From: Oscillospiraceae bacterium
Lineage (GTDB): Bacteria; Bacillota; Clostridia; Oscillospirales; Ruminococcaceae
Assembly: GCA_021199795.1 (NCBI GenBank)
Contig: JAJQHJ010000034.1
Location: 27,270-91,269 of the forward strand
Length of the DNA: 64,000 nt
Direction: 5' to 3'
Shown here: piece by piece, positions 56,079 through 64,000 of the stretch
How positions within the stretch are numbered: the first letter of the stretch is position 1
How the letters are laid out: every line of letters starts with the position of its first letter
The notes under the pieces: model-generated
What the model saw: the letters and a program-made list of their open reading frames with translations, nothing else
The model's database searches: none
Told to the model about the DNA's origin: nothing
Program-made: the position numbers and the translations under genes

Positions 56079-57461
56079 ATGGGAAGATTATTCGGTGCTG
56101 ACGGTGCTGTCAAAGGCGAGGCTTTGAGTGACCTTAGCTGTGAGCTTGCTATGGCTATAGGAAGAGCCTGTGCATATGAGCTTTCAAAGAGGAACCATCG
56201 CCGTGCGAAGATTCTTATAGGCAAGGACACCCGTTCCTCCTGCAGAATCTTGGAGTCAAGCCTGATTGCCGGAATCTGTTCTGCCGGCGGAGATGCAGAC
56301 CTGTTGGGAGTAGTCCCCGCGCCAGCGGTTGCGTATCTTACAGTCAAGTATGGTGCCGATGCGGGAATCATGGTTTCCGCTTCTCATAACAGCTTTGAAT
56401 TCAACGGTATCCGGATTTTCTCCGCCTCAGGCGACAAGCTCCAGGACAGCGTTGAAGCGGAAATTGAGCGGCTGGTGCTTGAATCTCCCGATGAAATCCC
56501 GAATGCCGACCCAGGAAATCTTGGCGACATCTTAACCGAAAAGAACGCCGAGTGGGACTATGTGAGATATCTCCTCCGGGATATTCAGGTCGATTTGGGC
56601 AGGCTGAGAATAGTTGTCGACTGCGCAAACGGAGCAGCTTATGAGACGGCTGTCAAGTTCTTCAGGGGACTCGGAATCAATGCAAAGTTTCTGAATGTCG
56701 AACCGAACGGCGTGAATATAAATGAAGACTGCGGGACTGAGGATCTTACTGCTTTATGCAAGGCGGTTCTGGATTCAAGAGCCCACTGCGGAATCGCACT
56801 CGATGGCGACGGTTCACGTTGCCTCATGGTTGACGAAAAGGGCGAGCCGGTTGACCCGGACAAGATGCTTGCTGCACTCGCATATTTCATGAAGCAGGAG
56901 AAGACGCTTTCCGCTAACACCTGCGTCGTCACAAGAGCCACAAACCTTGGCTTCTTTCGCTGGGCAAAGGAGAACGGAATCGTCACTTCTACCGCTTCCC
57001 AGGTTTCGGAGCACTCAATCCATGACCGTCTCATGGCCGACGGTTACACCTTGGGCGCGGACGCGAGCGGAAGATTCCTCTTTGGAAAGCTCCCCGACAC
57101 AGCGGATGGCGAATTAGCTTCCGCCAAAATGCTTGAAGTGATGGCGAAAACGGGGCATAAGCTCTCAGAAATCGCCGCGATATTCACTCCATATCCGACA
57201 ATCGACGTCGACGTTAAGATAAGGCACGAATGCAAGAACATGTGGGAGCAGGTTCCCGAGATAACGGAAATGCTTGACTACTGCTCCGAAAAGCTCGCCG
57301 GCGACGGAAGAATTTACATAAGAGAATCGGCTGCCGAGCCGCTCATAAGAGTCACGGCTGAGGGCAGGGACGAAGAAATCATTTATCAGTATGCCCAGGC
57401 TGCCGCACAGACGGTCATGGAGCATATAGGAGAGCAGGAACCAGGAAATGAGAACAGCTGA
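56079..57461 (+). CDS. alpha-D-phosphohexomutase family protein, divergent GlmM-like
   Basis: 460 aa, collinear with GlmM. Active-site Ser loop MVSASHNSFEFNG and metal loop LDGDGSR. Other motifs diverge from GlmM (see finding). Confidence 0.75.
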   Translation: MGRLFGADGAVKGEALSDLSCELAMAIGRACAYELSKRNHRRAKILIGKDTRSSCRILESSLIAGICSAGGDADLLGVVPAPAVAYLTVKYGADAGIMVSASHNSFEFNGIRIFSASGDKLQDSVEAEIERLVLESPDEIPNADPGNLGDILTEKNAEWDYVRYLLRDIQVDLGRLRIVVDCANGAAYETAVKFFRGLGINAKFLNVEPNGVNINEDCGTEDLTALCKAVLDSRAHCGIALDGDGSRCLMVDEKGEPVDPDKMLAALAYFMKQEKTLSANTCVVTRATNLGFFRWAKENGIVTSTASQVSEHSIHDRLMADGYTLGADASGRFLFGKLPDTADGELASAKMLEVMAKTGHKLSEIAAIFTPYPTIDVDVKIRHECKNMWEQVPEITEMLDYCSEKLAGDGRIYIRESAAEPLIRVTAEGRDEEIIYQYAQAAAQTVMEHIGEQEPGNENS

Positions 57462-58332
57462 CGGCTGGAAAGATTATAGATTACTCGATGCATCTGACGG
57501 CGAAAGGCTTGAAAGCTGGAGCGGAATCCGGCTTATAAGACCCGACCCGCAGGTCATCTGGAAAACAGATAAGAACGCCATCTGGCAGAGTGCAAACGCA
57601 GTTTATCACCGCTCTAATAAAGGCGGCGGACAGTGGGAGTATCTAAAAAAGCTTCCCGAGAGCTGGACTGTCGGGTATAGCTCAGAATATTTCGGAAGCC
57701 TTAAGTTCAAAGTCCACCCGACCGGCTTCAAGCACACGGGGCTCTTCCCGGAGCAGGCTGTGAACTGGGAGAAGACGGGCGAGCTTATAAACTTAAGAAA
57801 GAAGACCGGCAAGGTAAGAGTTCTGAATCTCTTCGCCTACACCGGCGGAGCGACTCTTGCATGTTCTGGTGCCGGAGCTGAGGTCTGCCACGTCGACGCC
57901 TCAAAAGGCATGGTTCAGTGGGCAAGGGAGAACGCCGCACTATCCGGTTTCTCCGAAAAGCCGATAAGATGGATAGTAGACGACTGCGAGAAGTTTGTCA
58001 GGCGCGAAATCAAGAGATCCAGCCGCTATGAGGGCGTCATAATGGATCCCCCGAGCTACGGAAGAGGACCATCCGGCGAAATATGGAAGCTTGAAGACAA
58101 CGTATATGACCTTGTCAAGCTGACGGCAGGAGTTCTGAGCGAAAAGCCGCTGTTCTTTGTTTTGAACAGCTATACAACCGGGCTATCAGCGTCTGTAATG
58201 GGCTACATCCTCTCAAGCGTCCTGATTCCGAAATTCGGCGGCAGGGTCGATAGTGATGAGATAGGGCTGCCAGTCGAGTCAACGGGGCTTACACTTCCGG
58301 CAGGGAGCACATCCATCTGGCATTCAATTTAA
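57448..58332 (+). CDS. class I SAM-dependent methyltransferase (RlmI/RlmK-like)
   Basis: VLNLFAYTGGATLACSGAGAEVCHVDASKGMVQWAREN...VIMDPPSYG. Overlaps the upstream gene by 14 nt. Confidence 0.75.
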   Translation: MRTADGWKDYRLLDASDGERLESWSGIRLIRPDPQVIWKTDKNAIWQSANAVYHRSNKGGGQWEYLKKLPESWTVGYSSEYFGSLKFKVHPTGFKHTGLFPEQAVNWEKTGELINLRKKTGKVRVLNLFAYTGGATLACSGAGAEVCHVDASKGMVQWARENAALSGFSEKPIRWIVDDCEKFVRREIKRSSRYEGVIMDPPSYGRGPSGEIWKLEDNVYDLVKLTAGVLSEKPLFFVLNSYTTGLSASVMGYILSSVLIPKFGGRVDSDEIGLPVESTGLTLPAGSTSIWHSI

Positions 58333-58341
58333 GGGGTTATA

Positions 58342-59190
58342 ATGAGTTTTATAGATATTGACAACGTTAAATTCACATATACAACCGAGGACGACAATGG
58401 AAATGTCGAGAAAAACGAGGTTTTGCACGGGCTTTCGCTCTCTATCGAAAAGGGCGAGTTTGTCGCAGTTCTCGGGCATAATGGCTCGGGAAAGTCGACT
58501 CTTGCAAAGCTTTTAAATGCAATCAACCTCCCTGATTCCGGTAGTGTCTTGGTTGCCGGAATGGACACCGCTGACGAAGACAAACTTTTCGATATAAGAA
58601 GCAACGTCGGAATGGTTTTCCAGAACCCAGATAACCAGATTGTCGCGACTATTGTTGAAGAGGATGTGGCTTTTGCACTCGAAAACATAGGTGTTGAGCC
58701 GACTGAGATCCGAAGACGAGTTGACGAGGCTTTGAAGACTGTCGGAATGTATGACTACAGGGAGCATTCTCCCTCAAAGCTTTCCGGCGGACAGAAGCAG
58801 AGAGTTGCAATTGCGGGAGTCTTAGCCATGAAGCCAGACTGCATAGTCCTCGACGAACCTACAGCCATGCTTGACCCTATAGGCAGGCGGGAGATAATGT
58901 CCACTATAACTGAGCTCAACAAGACCGGGGTCACTATAGTTTTAATCACCCACTATATGGACGAAGCGGCAAGGGCGAAGCGGGTTGTGGTCATGGATAG
59001 TGGCGACATCATAATGGATGACTGTCCGAAAAAGGTATTCTCGCAGGTCGAGAAGCTGAAATCATTGGGGCTTGACGTCCCGCAGGTGACTGAACTTACA
59101 CATGAACTGATAAAGTGTGGAGTGAATCTCCCTGATGACATTATTTATGAAGATGAGTGCTACGAAGCTTTATATGAGCTTCTGAAATAG
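58342..59190 (+). CDS. ecfA1: energy-coupling factor transporter ATPase EcfA1
   Basis: GHNGSGKST, LSGGQKQRVAIAG, IVLDEPTAMLDP. Conserved ecfA1-ecfA2-ecfT-truA order. Confidence 0.9.
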   Translation: MSFIDIDNVKFTYTTEDDNGNVEKNEVLHGLSLSIEKGEFVAVLGHNGSGKSTLAKLLNAINLPDSGSVLVAGMDTADEDKLFDIRSNVGMVFQNPDNQIVATIVEEDVAFALENIGVEPTEIRRRVDEALKTVGMYDYREHSPSKLSGGQKQRVAIAGVLAMKPDCIVLDEPTAMLDPIGRREIMSTITELNKTGVTIVLITHYMDEAARAKRVVVMDSGDIIMDDCPKKVFSQVEKLKSLGLDVPQVTELTHELIKCGVNLPDDIIYEDECYEALYELLK

Positions 59191-59204
59191 AAGAGGGCAG
59201 AATT

Positions 59205-60068
59205 TTGAGCATAATCAAAACTGAACACCTGAGTTACGTCTATGGCGAGGGAACGCCTTTCAGGAAAGTAGCTCTGGATGACATAAATTTAGAGATTGAT
59301 GAGGGAGAGCTTATCGGAATTATCGGTCACACCGGCTCCGGCAAGTCGACCCTTATTCAGCATTTCAACGGGCTCTTAAAAGCCACCACCGGCAAGGTCT
59401 ATGTAGACGGCGAGGAGCTTTTTGCGGACAAATCAAGGCTACGTGACATCAGATTCAAGGTGGGTCTCGTTTTCCAGTACCCCGAGTACCAGCTTTTCGA
59501 GGACACAGTCTATAAAGATATTTCCTATGGTCCGAAGAATATGGGGCTTGATGAAGCTGAAATCGATAGAAGAGTCCGTGAAACCGCTAGACTGGTAGGA
59601 CTGAAAGAAGACCTTTTGCAGAAGTCTCCCTTTGATTTGTCGGGAGGACAGAAGCGCAGGGTCGCCATTGCAGGAGTAATGGCAATGGAGCCGAAAGTGC
59701 TCATTCTCGATGAACCGACAGCCGGTCTCGACCCTCATGGGCGAGACAGAATCCTTGGCATGATAAAAGAGTATCACGAGGAGAAGAAGTCAACAGTCAT
59801 GCTAGTCTCCCACTCGATGGAGGACGTCGCGAACACTGTTTCAAAGATTCTGGTTGTAAATGACTCGAAGATATTCATGTTCGACACGCCTGAAAAAGTA
59901 TTCGCACGTGTCAGGGAGCTCGACAGCATGGGGCTTACAGTCCCTCAGATAACAAGGGTTTTCGACAGGCTGAAAGAATCGGGAATTGACTTTGATGACG
60001 AGGCCTACTCAACAGGCTATGCCAAAAAGCTTGTTATGAGGCTTCTTGAGGAGAAAAAGGAGAAATAG
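59205..60068 (+). CDS. ecfA2: energy-coupling factor transporter ATPase EcfA2
   Basis: TTG start. GHTGSGKST, LSGGQKRRVAIAG, LILDEPTAGLDP. Confidence 0.9.
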   Translation: MSIIKTEHLSYVYGEGTPFRKVALDDINLEIDEGELIGIIGHTGSGKSTLIQHFNGLLKATTGKVYVDGEELFADKSRLRDIRFKVGLVFQYPEYQLFEDTVYKDISYGPKNMGLDEAEIDRRVRETARLVGLKEDLLQKSPFDLSGGQKRRVAIAGVMAMEPKVLILDEPTAGLDPHGRDRILGMIKEYHEEKKSTVMLVSHSMEDVANTVSKILVVNDSKIFMFDTPEKVFARVRELDSMGLTVPQITRVFDRLKESGIDFDDEAYSTGYAKKLVMRLLEEKKEK

Positions 60069-60071
60069 GAC

Positions 60072-60881
60072 TTGATAAAGGATATAACCATAGGGCAGTA
60101 TTTTCCGGGGAATTCGGTTCTGCACCGTCTCGACCCGAGAATCAAGCTCTTACTGACAGTTTTATATATAGTGATGCTATTCTCGGCTAGCGGATTCACC
60201 GGGCTGGGAATTGGCATAGTGTTTCTCATATTTGCATTCGCAATTTCGGGAATACCGATAAAGATGATGGTAAAAGGTGTCAAGCCGATTTTGCCAGTAA
60301 TCATCTTCACGGGAATACTGAATCTGTTCTTCATAACAACCGGTAATGTTATATTCAGCCTTGGCTTCATTAAGATAACCGACGACGGTCTTTCTACGAT
60401 GATATTTATGGCGGTGAGAATCATCTTCCTTATCTGTGGAACTTCGCTTCTGACATATACCACCTCGCCTATAGCTCTGACTGACGCTATCGAGAGAGTG
60501 CTTTCGCCGCTGAGAGTATTCCACTTCCCGGCACACGAGATTGCAATGATGATGACAATAGCCCTCAGATTCATTCCTACGCTTATTGAGGAAACAGACA
60601 AAATAATGTCCGCCCAGAAAGCAAGAGGCGCAGACTTTGAGTCAGGCTCAATTATCAACCGTGCAAAAGCTCTTATTCCTGTTCTGATTCCGCTGTTTGT
60701 GTCTGCTTTCAGAAGAGCTGAGGAGCTTGCCTTGGCGATGGAATGCCGCTGCTACCGTGGCGGAGAGGGAAGAACCAGAATGAAGCAGCTCAAGACCACA
60801 CACCTGGACTATATCGCACTTGCGGTAACAATTCTGTTCCTGGTGCTGATTATACTTGCAAACATATTCGTACCGGTATGA
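60072..60881 (+). CDS. ecfT: energy-coupling factor transporter transmembrane subunit EcfT
   Basis: TTG start. LDPRIKLLL... and the ARGADFES motif. Polytopic. Confidence 0.88.
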   Translation: MIKDITIGQYFPGNSVLHRLDPRIKLLLTVLYIVMLFSASGFTGLGIGIVFLIFAFAISGIPIKMMVKGVKPILPVIIFTGILNLFFITTGNVIFSLGFIKITDDGLSTMIFMAVRIIFLICGTSLLTYTTSPIALTDAIERVLSPLRVFHFPAHEIAMMMTIALRFIPTLIEETDKIMSAQKARGADFESGSIINRAKALIPVLIPLFVSAFRRAEELALAMECRCYRGGEGRTRMKQLKTTHLDYIALAVTILFLVLIILANIFVPV

Positions 60882-61621
60882 CAAACTACAAAGTAACGAT
60901 GTCCTTTCGGGGAACTGCATATCACGGCTTCCAGAAGCAGGCGGACAATCTGAGACTAAGAACCATTCAGGGCACAGTCGAGCAGGGATTCTACAAGCTA
61001 TTAGGCGAAAAGGTCTCAATAGACGGCTGCTCAAGAACCGATGCTGGAGTTCATGCAAACGAGTATGTCTTCTCATGTTCGCTTGAAAACACAATCGATG
61101 AGCGGGGAATAGTATTTGGCTTGAATGGCGTCCTGCCCAAGGACATTGCCATTCTTAAGTGCGAAAAAGCCCCCATTGACTTCCACGCAAGATACTCCTG
61201 CAAGGGAAAAGAGTATAAATATATCATCCATAATTCCGAAATCCGTTCAGCTTTCCATGAAGATTTGTGGTTCAGAAGCTGGTACCCGATAGATTCCGAG
61301 AAGCTCGACAAGGCTTCAAAGGATTTCATCGGAACCCACGATTTCAAGTCTTTCTGCTCGACGGACACCGACAAGAAAGAGACCGTCAGGACTATCTATG
61401 ACTTTTCGGTCAGCCGCGGGGGAGACTTAGTCATATTCAGGGTCAGCGGCGATGGATTTCTATACAACATGGTAAGAATTATGGTCGGGACGCTACTCTT
61501 CATCAACGATGACAAGCTCCCCCGGGATTCCATCCCGAAAATAATCTCAGCCTGCGACAGAACAAGAGCAGGCAAAACAGTCCCTCCGCATGGGCTGTAC
61601 TTAAACAAAGTATTCTACTGA
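60878..61621 (+). CDS. truA: tRNA pseudouridine(38-40) synthase
   Basis: Track ORF 60743 trimmed to ATG 60878 (ATGA overlap with the ecfT stop). YKVTMSFRGTAYHGFQKQ...GCSRTDAGVHA. Confidence 0.92.
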   Translation: MTNYKVTMSFRGTAYHGFQKQADNLRLRTIQGTVEQGFYKLLGEKVSIDGCSRTDAGVHANEYVFSCSLENTIDERGIVFGLNGVLPKDIAILKCEKAPIDFHARYSCKGKEYKYIIHNSEIRSAFHEDLWFRSWYPIDSEKLDKASKDFIGTHDFKSFCSTDTDKKETVRTIYDFSVSRGGDLVIFRVSGDGFLYNMVRIMVGTLLFINDDKLPRDSIPKIISACDRTRAGKTVPPHGLYLNKVFY

Positions 61622-61635
61622 GAGGAGGCACCCGG

Positions 61636-62820
61636 GTGTCTTCGATAAATTCCTACGAAACCGACATAAAAAAGCTAAGAAGATCAAAAAGGACAAAGCG
61701 ATTTCTAAGAAGACTTTTTGCGATTCTGGCTGTACTTGTCGTTGCACTTTTAATATACCTCACTCACGACAGCTGGCTTCCTTATTTTGAGAATATACTT
61801 GAGGAGGGCTATGAGTCCGCAACCTCGACAACACTTGATGAAGAAGAAGAGGAGTCAAACTTCCCGTTCGATGTCTCCAGCCGCTCCAACGTCTCGATTG
61901 GCGCGATGAGGGACTGCTGGGTCATGTTCTCCGACACCTCCATTACGACCTACGACGCCTCCGGTGCGACCATCCAGTCGGTCTATGCGCCATATGGCAC
62001 TCCAACTGTCGAGACCTCCTCAACAAGGGCACTCGTCTATGACATGGGCGGCTATAGTCTAATGGTCATAAGCAGGCGCAACGAGATATTTGAAAAAAAG
62101 CTTGACGACCAGATTCTCTTTGCCGAGCTGGGCGAAAAGGGCAATTTAGCCGTCATCACATCGACCGACAAGTATGTCTCATACCTCACTATCTACGATA
62201 AAAACGGCAACGAGGTCTTCCACTGGGCTGACGGAAACTACATCATGGCTGTTGCACTGAACGATTCCGGAACAGGCTGTGCGGTTGCGAGCCTATACAC
62301 CTCCGGTGGAATCCTTAAGACTCTTGCCTATGTCCTCGATTTCAGCTCTACTGAGATTCAGGCGAAGTCCTCTGCGATTGAAACGATGGCTCTTGACATC
62401 GAATTCACCGATGACGGCAAAATCTGGCTCATAGGAAACGACGACCTCTATCTTTTGGAGAGTGACTGCACTGTCAGCTATACTTATAACTATACCTATG
62501 ACATAAGCGGCTTTTCCGCAGTGGATGACCTGTGCGCTCTGTCATTTGAAATGCCAGGAAGCGATGATAACATAGTAGCTATTTTTGAAGCAGGACTTGA
62601 CGAAACGGCTGAAATTACTTATAATGAAGAGGTTAAGTACATCTTAGTGAACGATGATAAGGTTTATCTAAACACCTCGTCGCAGATTGACTGCCTTGAC
62701 TCATCGGGGAACATTGAATCGGAAACGGCTCTCGGGGCGGAGTATACGTCGTTCGTTATCTATAACGGCAGTGCGATTTTATTAAACTACCGGAGCGTAG
62801 TGAAGACTTCCCTGGAGTAA
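61636..62820 (+). CDS. membrane-anchored protein of unknown function (possibly DUF5711-like)
   Basis: GTG start. Basic N-terminus, one TM helix (LFAILAVLVVALLIYL), then a ~330-aa extracytoplasmic region. The family name is recalled, not verified. Confidence 0.55.
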   Translation: MSSINSYETDIKKLRRSKRTKRFLRRLFAILAVLVVALLIYLTHDSWLPYFENILEEGYESATSTTLDEEEEESNFPFDVSSRSNVSIGAMRDCWVMFSDTSITTYDASGATIQSVYAPYGTPTVETSSTRALVYDMGGYSLMVISRRNEIFEKKLDDQILFAELGEKGNLAVITSTDKYVSYLTIYDKNGNEVFHWADGNYIMAVALNDSGTGCAVASLYTSGGILKTLAYVLDFSSTEIQAKSSAIETMALDIEFTDDGKIWLIGNDDLYLLESDCTVSYTYNYTYDISGFSAVDDLCALSFEMPGSDDNIVAIFEAGLDETAEITYNEEVKYILVNDDKVYLNTSSQIDCLDSSGNIESETALGAEYTSFVIYNGSAILLNYRSVVKTSLE

Positions 62821-62836
62821 TAATTAAGGAGACCCA

Positions 62837-63715
62837 ATGACTGATTATCTTTATATATTTTACGATGTGTGCGTGGTCGGAATAATACTGATTACGCTTC
62901 ATGAGGGCTCGAAAAGGGGCTTTCTCAAGAGTGCTGTTTATACTATTCTTTTTGTGGCGGCTTTCTTTGTGAGCTGGTTCGGAGCAGAGGTTCTGTCGCC
63001 TCTTGTGTATGACAACTTCATCCACGAGGCAGTTATTGAAACCCTGACCGAGACCGCATCCCAGAAAGACCCTGTCACGATAGTTTCCGAAGCTTTGACC
63101 GACGGAGATTATGGCACGATGGTATCCGACAGCGAAATTGGCGAGCTCATTTCGAGTGCATCTGACGTATTTAACGAGCTTGCGGAAACCTTAAGAGAAA
63201 ACGGCTCTCAGGATTCAAAGTCTTCAATCGCCTCGGGCGTTGAAAGCACCGTCACTGACGAGGTGAAGAGCTTTCTCTTCAGCGACTACATTATAAATGC
63301 ACTTGAAACCCTTGGAGCAGCCACAGGCGATATGTCGGAGGTTGTAAACGTCTTCCTGACCGGCTCAGCGGAGGAGACTGCCGTTACAGCAGAGGAGGAG
63401 ATAGTGAGACCTATCATCGAGTTCGCGCTTAAGATAGCTCTGTTCCTCATACTCCTGTTCATTCTTAGAATAGTGATAAAGCCGGTTTCAAATATGTTCA
63501 AATTCGCAAACAAGATCCCGATAATCGGAACCCTGAATGTGCTTTTAGGAGCAATTTTGGGCGCGGTTGAGGGTCTCATCACGGTATATGGATTGGCACT
63601 TCTCATTAAACTGATCGTCAACGTCAGCGGCGATTCGCTTATTTTCCTCAATACCGATACAATAGAGCTGACGTATATTTTCAGGTATTTCTATGAGCTG
63701 AACATTTTAGCATAG
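62837..63715 (+). CDS. CvpA-family membrane protein
   Basis: N-terminus DVCVVGIILITLHEGSKRGFLKSAVYTILFVAAFF resembles CvpA. TM helices at both ends, with an acidic middle. Confidence 0.5.
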   Translation: MTDYLYIFYDVCVVGIILITLHEGSKRGFLKSAVYTILFVAAFFVSWFGAEVLSPLVYDNFIHEAVIETLTETASQKDPVTIVSEALTDGDYGTMVSDSEIGELISSASDVFNELAETLRENGSQDSKSSIASGVESTVTDEVKSFLFSDYIINALETLGAATGDMSEVVNVFLTGSAEETAVTAEEEIVRPIIEFALKIALFLILLFILRIVIKPVSNMFKFANKIPIIGTLNVLLGAILGAVEGLITVYGLALLIKLIVNVSGDSLIFLNTDTIELTYIFRYFYELNILA

Positions 63716-63772
63716 AAGAAGAGTGTGGACAGCTGACACCAGTTGGCTACCAGCACCAAAGGAGAAAATAGA

Positions 63773-64000
63773 TGATTTGTTCAAGATGTAAAAAAAGACC
63801 TGCCTCGGTGTTTATCAGCACCATGAATGGCAACGAAAGAAAAAATGAGGGTATCTGCCTTGTCTGCGCAAAGGAGATGGGGCTCACCCAGATTGACGAC
63901 TACATGAAGCAGATGGGTATTTCTGAAGAAGATCTCGAAGCCATGAGCGAAATGACCGAAGAGGATATGAACCCTGATGGCGATTCGTTTGAGATGGGCG
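63773..64000 (+). CDS. N-terminus of a Clp/Hsp100-type AAA+ ATPase (partial, runs off the right edge)
   Basis: Not in the ORF track (no stop in the window). ATG 63773 lies behind AAGGAGAA. MICSRCKKRPASVFISTMNGNERKNEGICLVCAKEMG (CxxC...CxxC) resembles the N-terminal zinc module I recall from Clostridia Clp ATPases. Confidence 0.35.

Overview
Chromosomal window from a spore-forming Clostridia-class Firmicute. The taxon is inferred only from gene content and order: yabP-yabQ-divIC-S1, rpsD between rpsK and rpoA, and a KOW gene between map and infA. No database search or composition statistics were run.

Layout:
- 1-6.5 kb: polA on the minus strand (partial, missing from the ORF track), then dus, an N6-adenine methyltransferase, rsmI, rimI and tsaD.
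- 6.5-15 kb: five lipoprotein genes (two orphan solute-binding proteins, two tandem transglutaminase-like paralogues, one unknown) around the yabP-yabQ-divIC-S1 block.
- 15.1-31.7 kb: a complete S10-spc-alpha ribosomal cluster (rpsJ to rplQ, with secY, adk, map, infA, rpoA). It follows a long structured leader and is interrupted by several unusually long hairpin-rich spacers.
- 31.7-42.8 kb: accessory block. A TetR gene is divergent from an operon encoding a CxxCxxCC protein, a nitroreductase, two sirtuin paralogues and a PARG-type hydrolase. A duplicated copy of the same promoter/operator then drives an ABC-2 exporter, followed by a heterodimeric ABC exporter.
- 42.9-64 kb: tRNA-Leu(CAG), a HAD hydrolase, a lipoprotein serpin, a cytidylate-kinase-like protein, YitT, CotH, an LtaS-like protein, ComEC, ruvCAB, a divergent GlmM-like mutase, a methyltransferase, ecfA1-ecfA2-ecfT-truA, a membrane protein, CvpA, and a partial Clp-type ATPase.

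I saw no rRNA, CRISPR array, transposase or integrase.

The best candidate for a novel system is the translationally coupled sirtuin-sirtuin-PARG operon at 33.6-36.0 kb. Both sirtuins have Gln in place of the catalytic His, and the operon sits in a TetR-controlled redox/efflux regulon.
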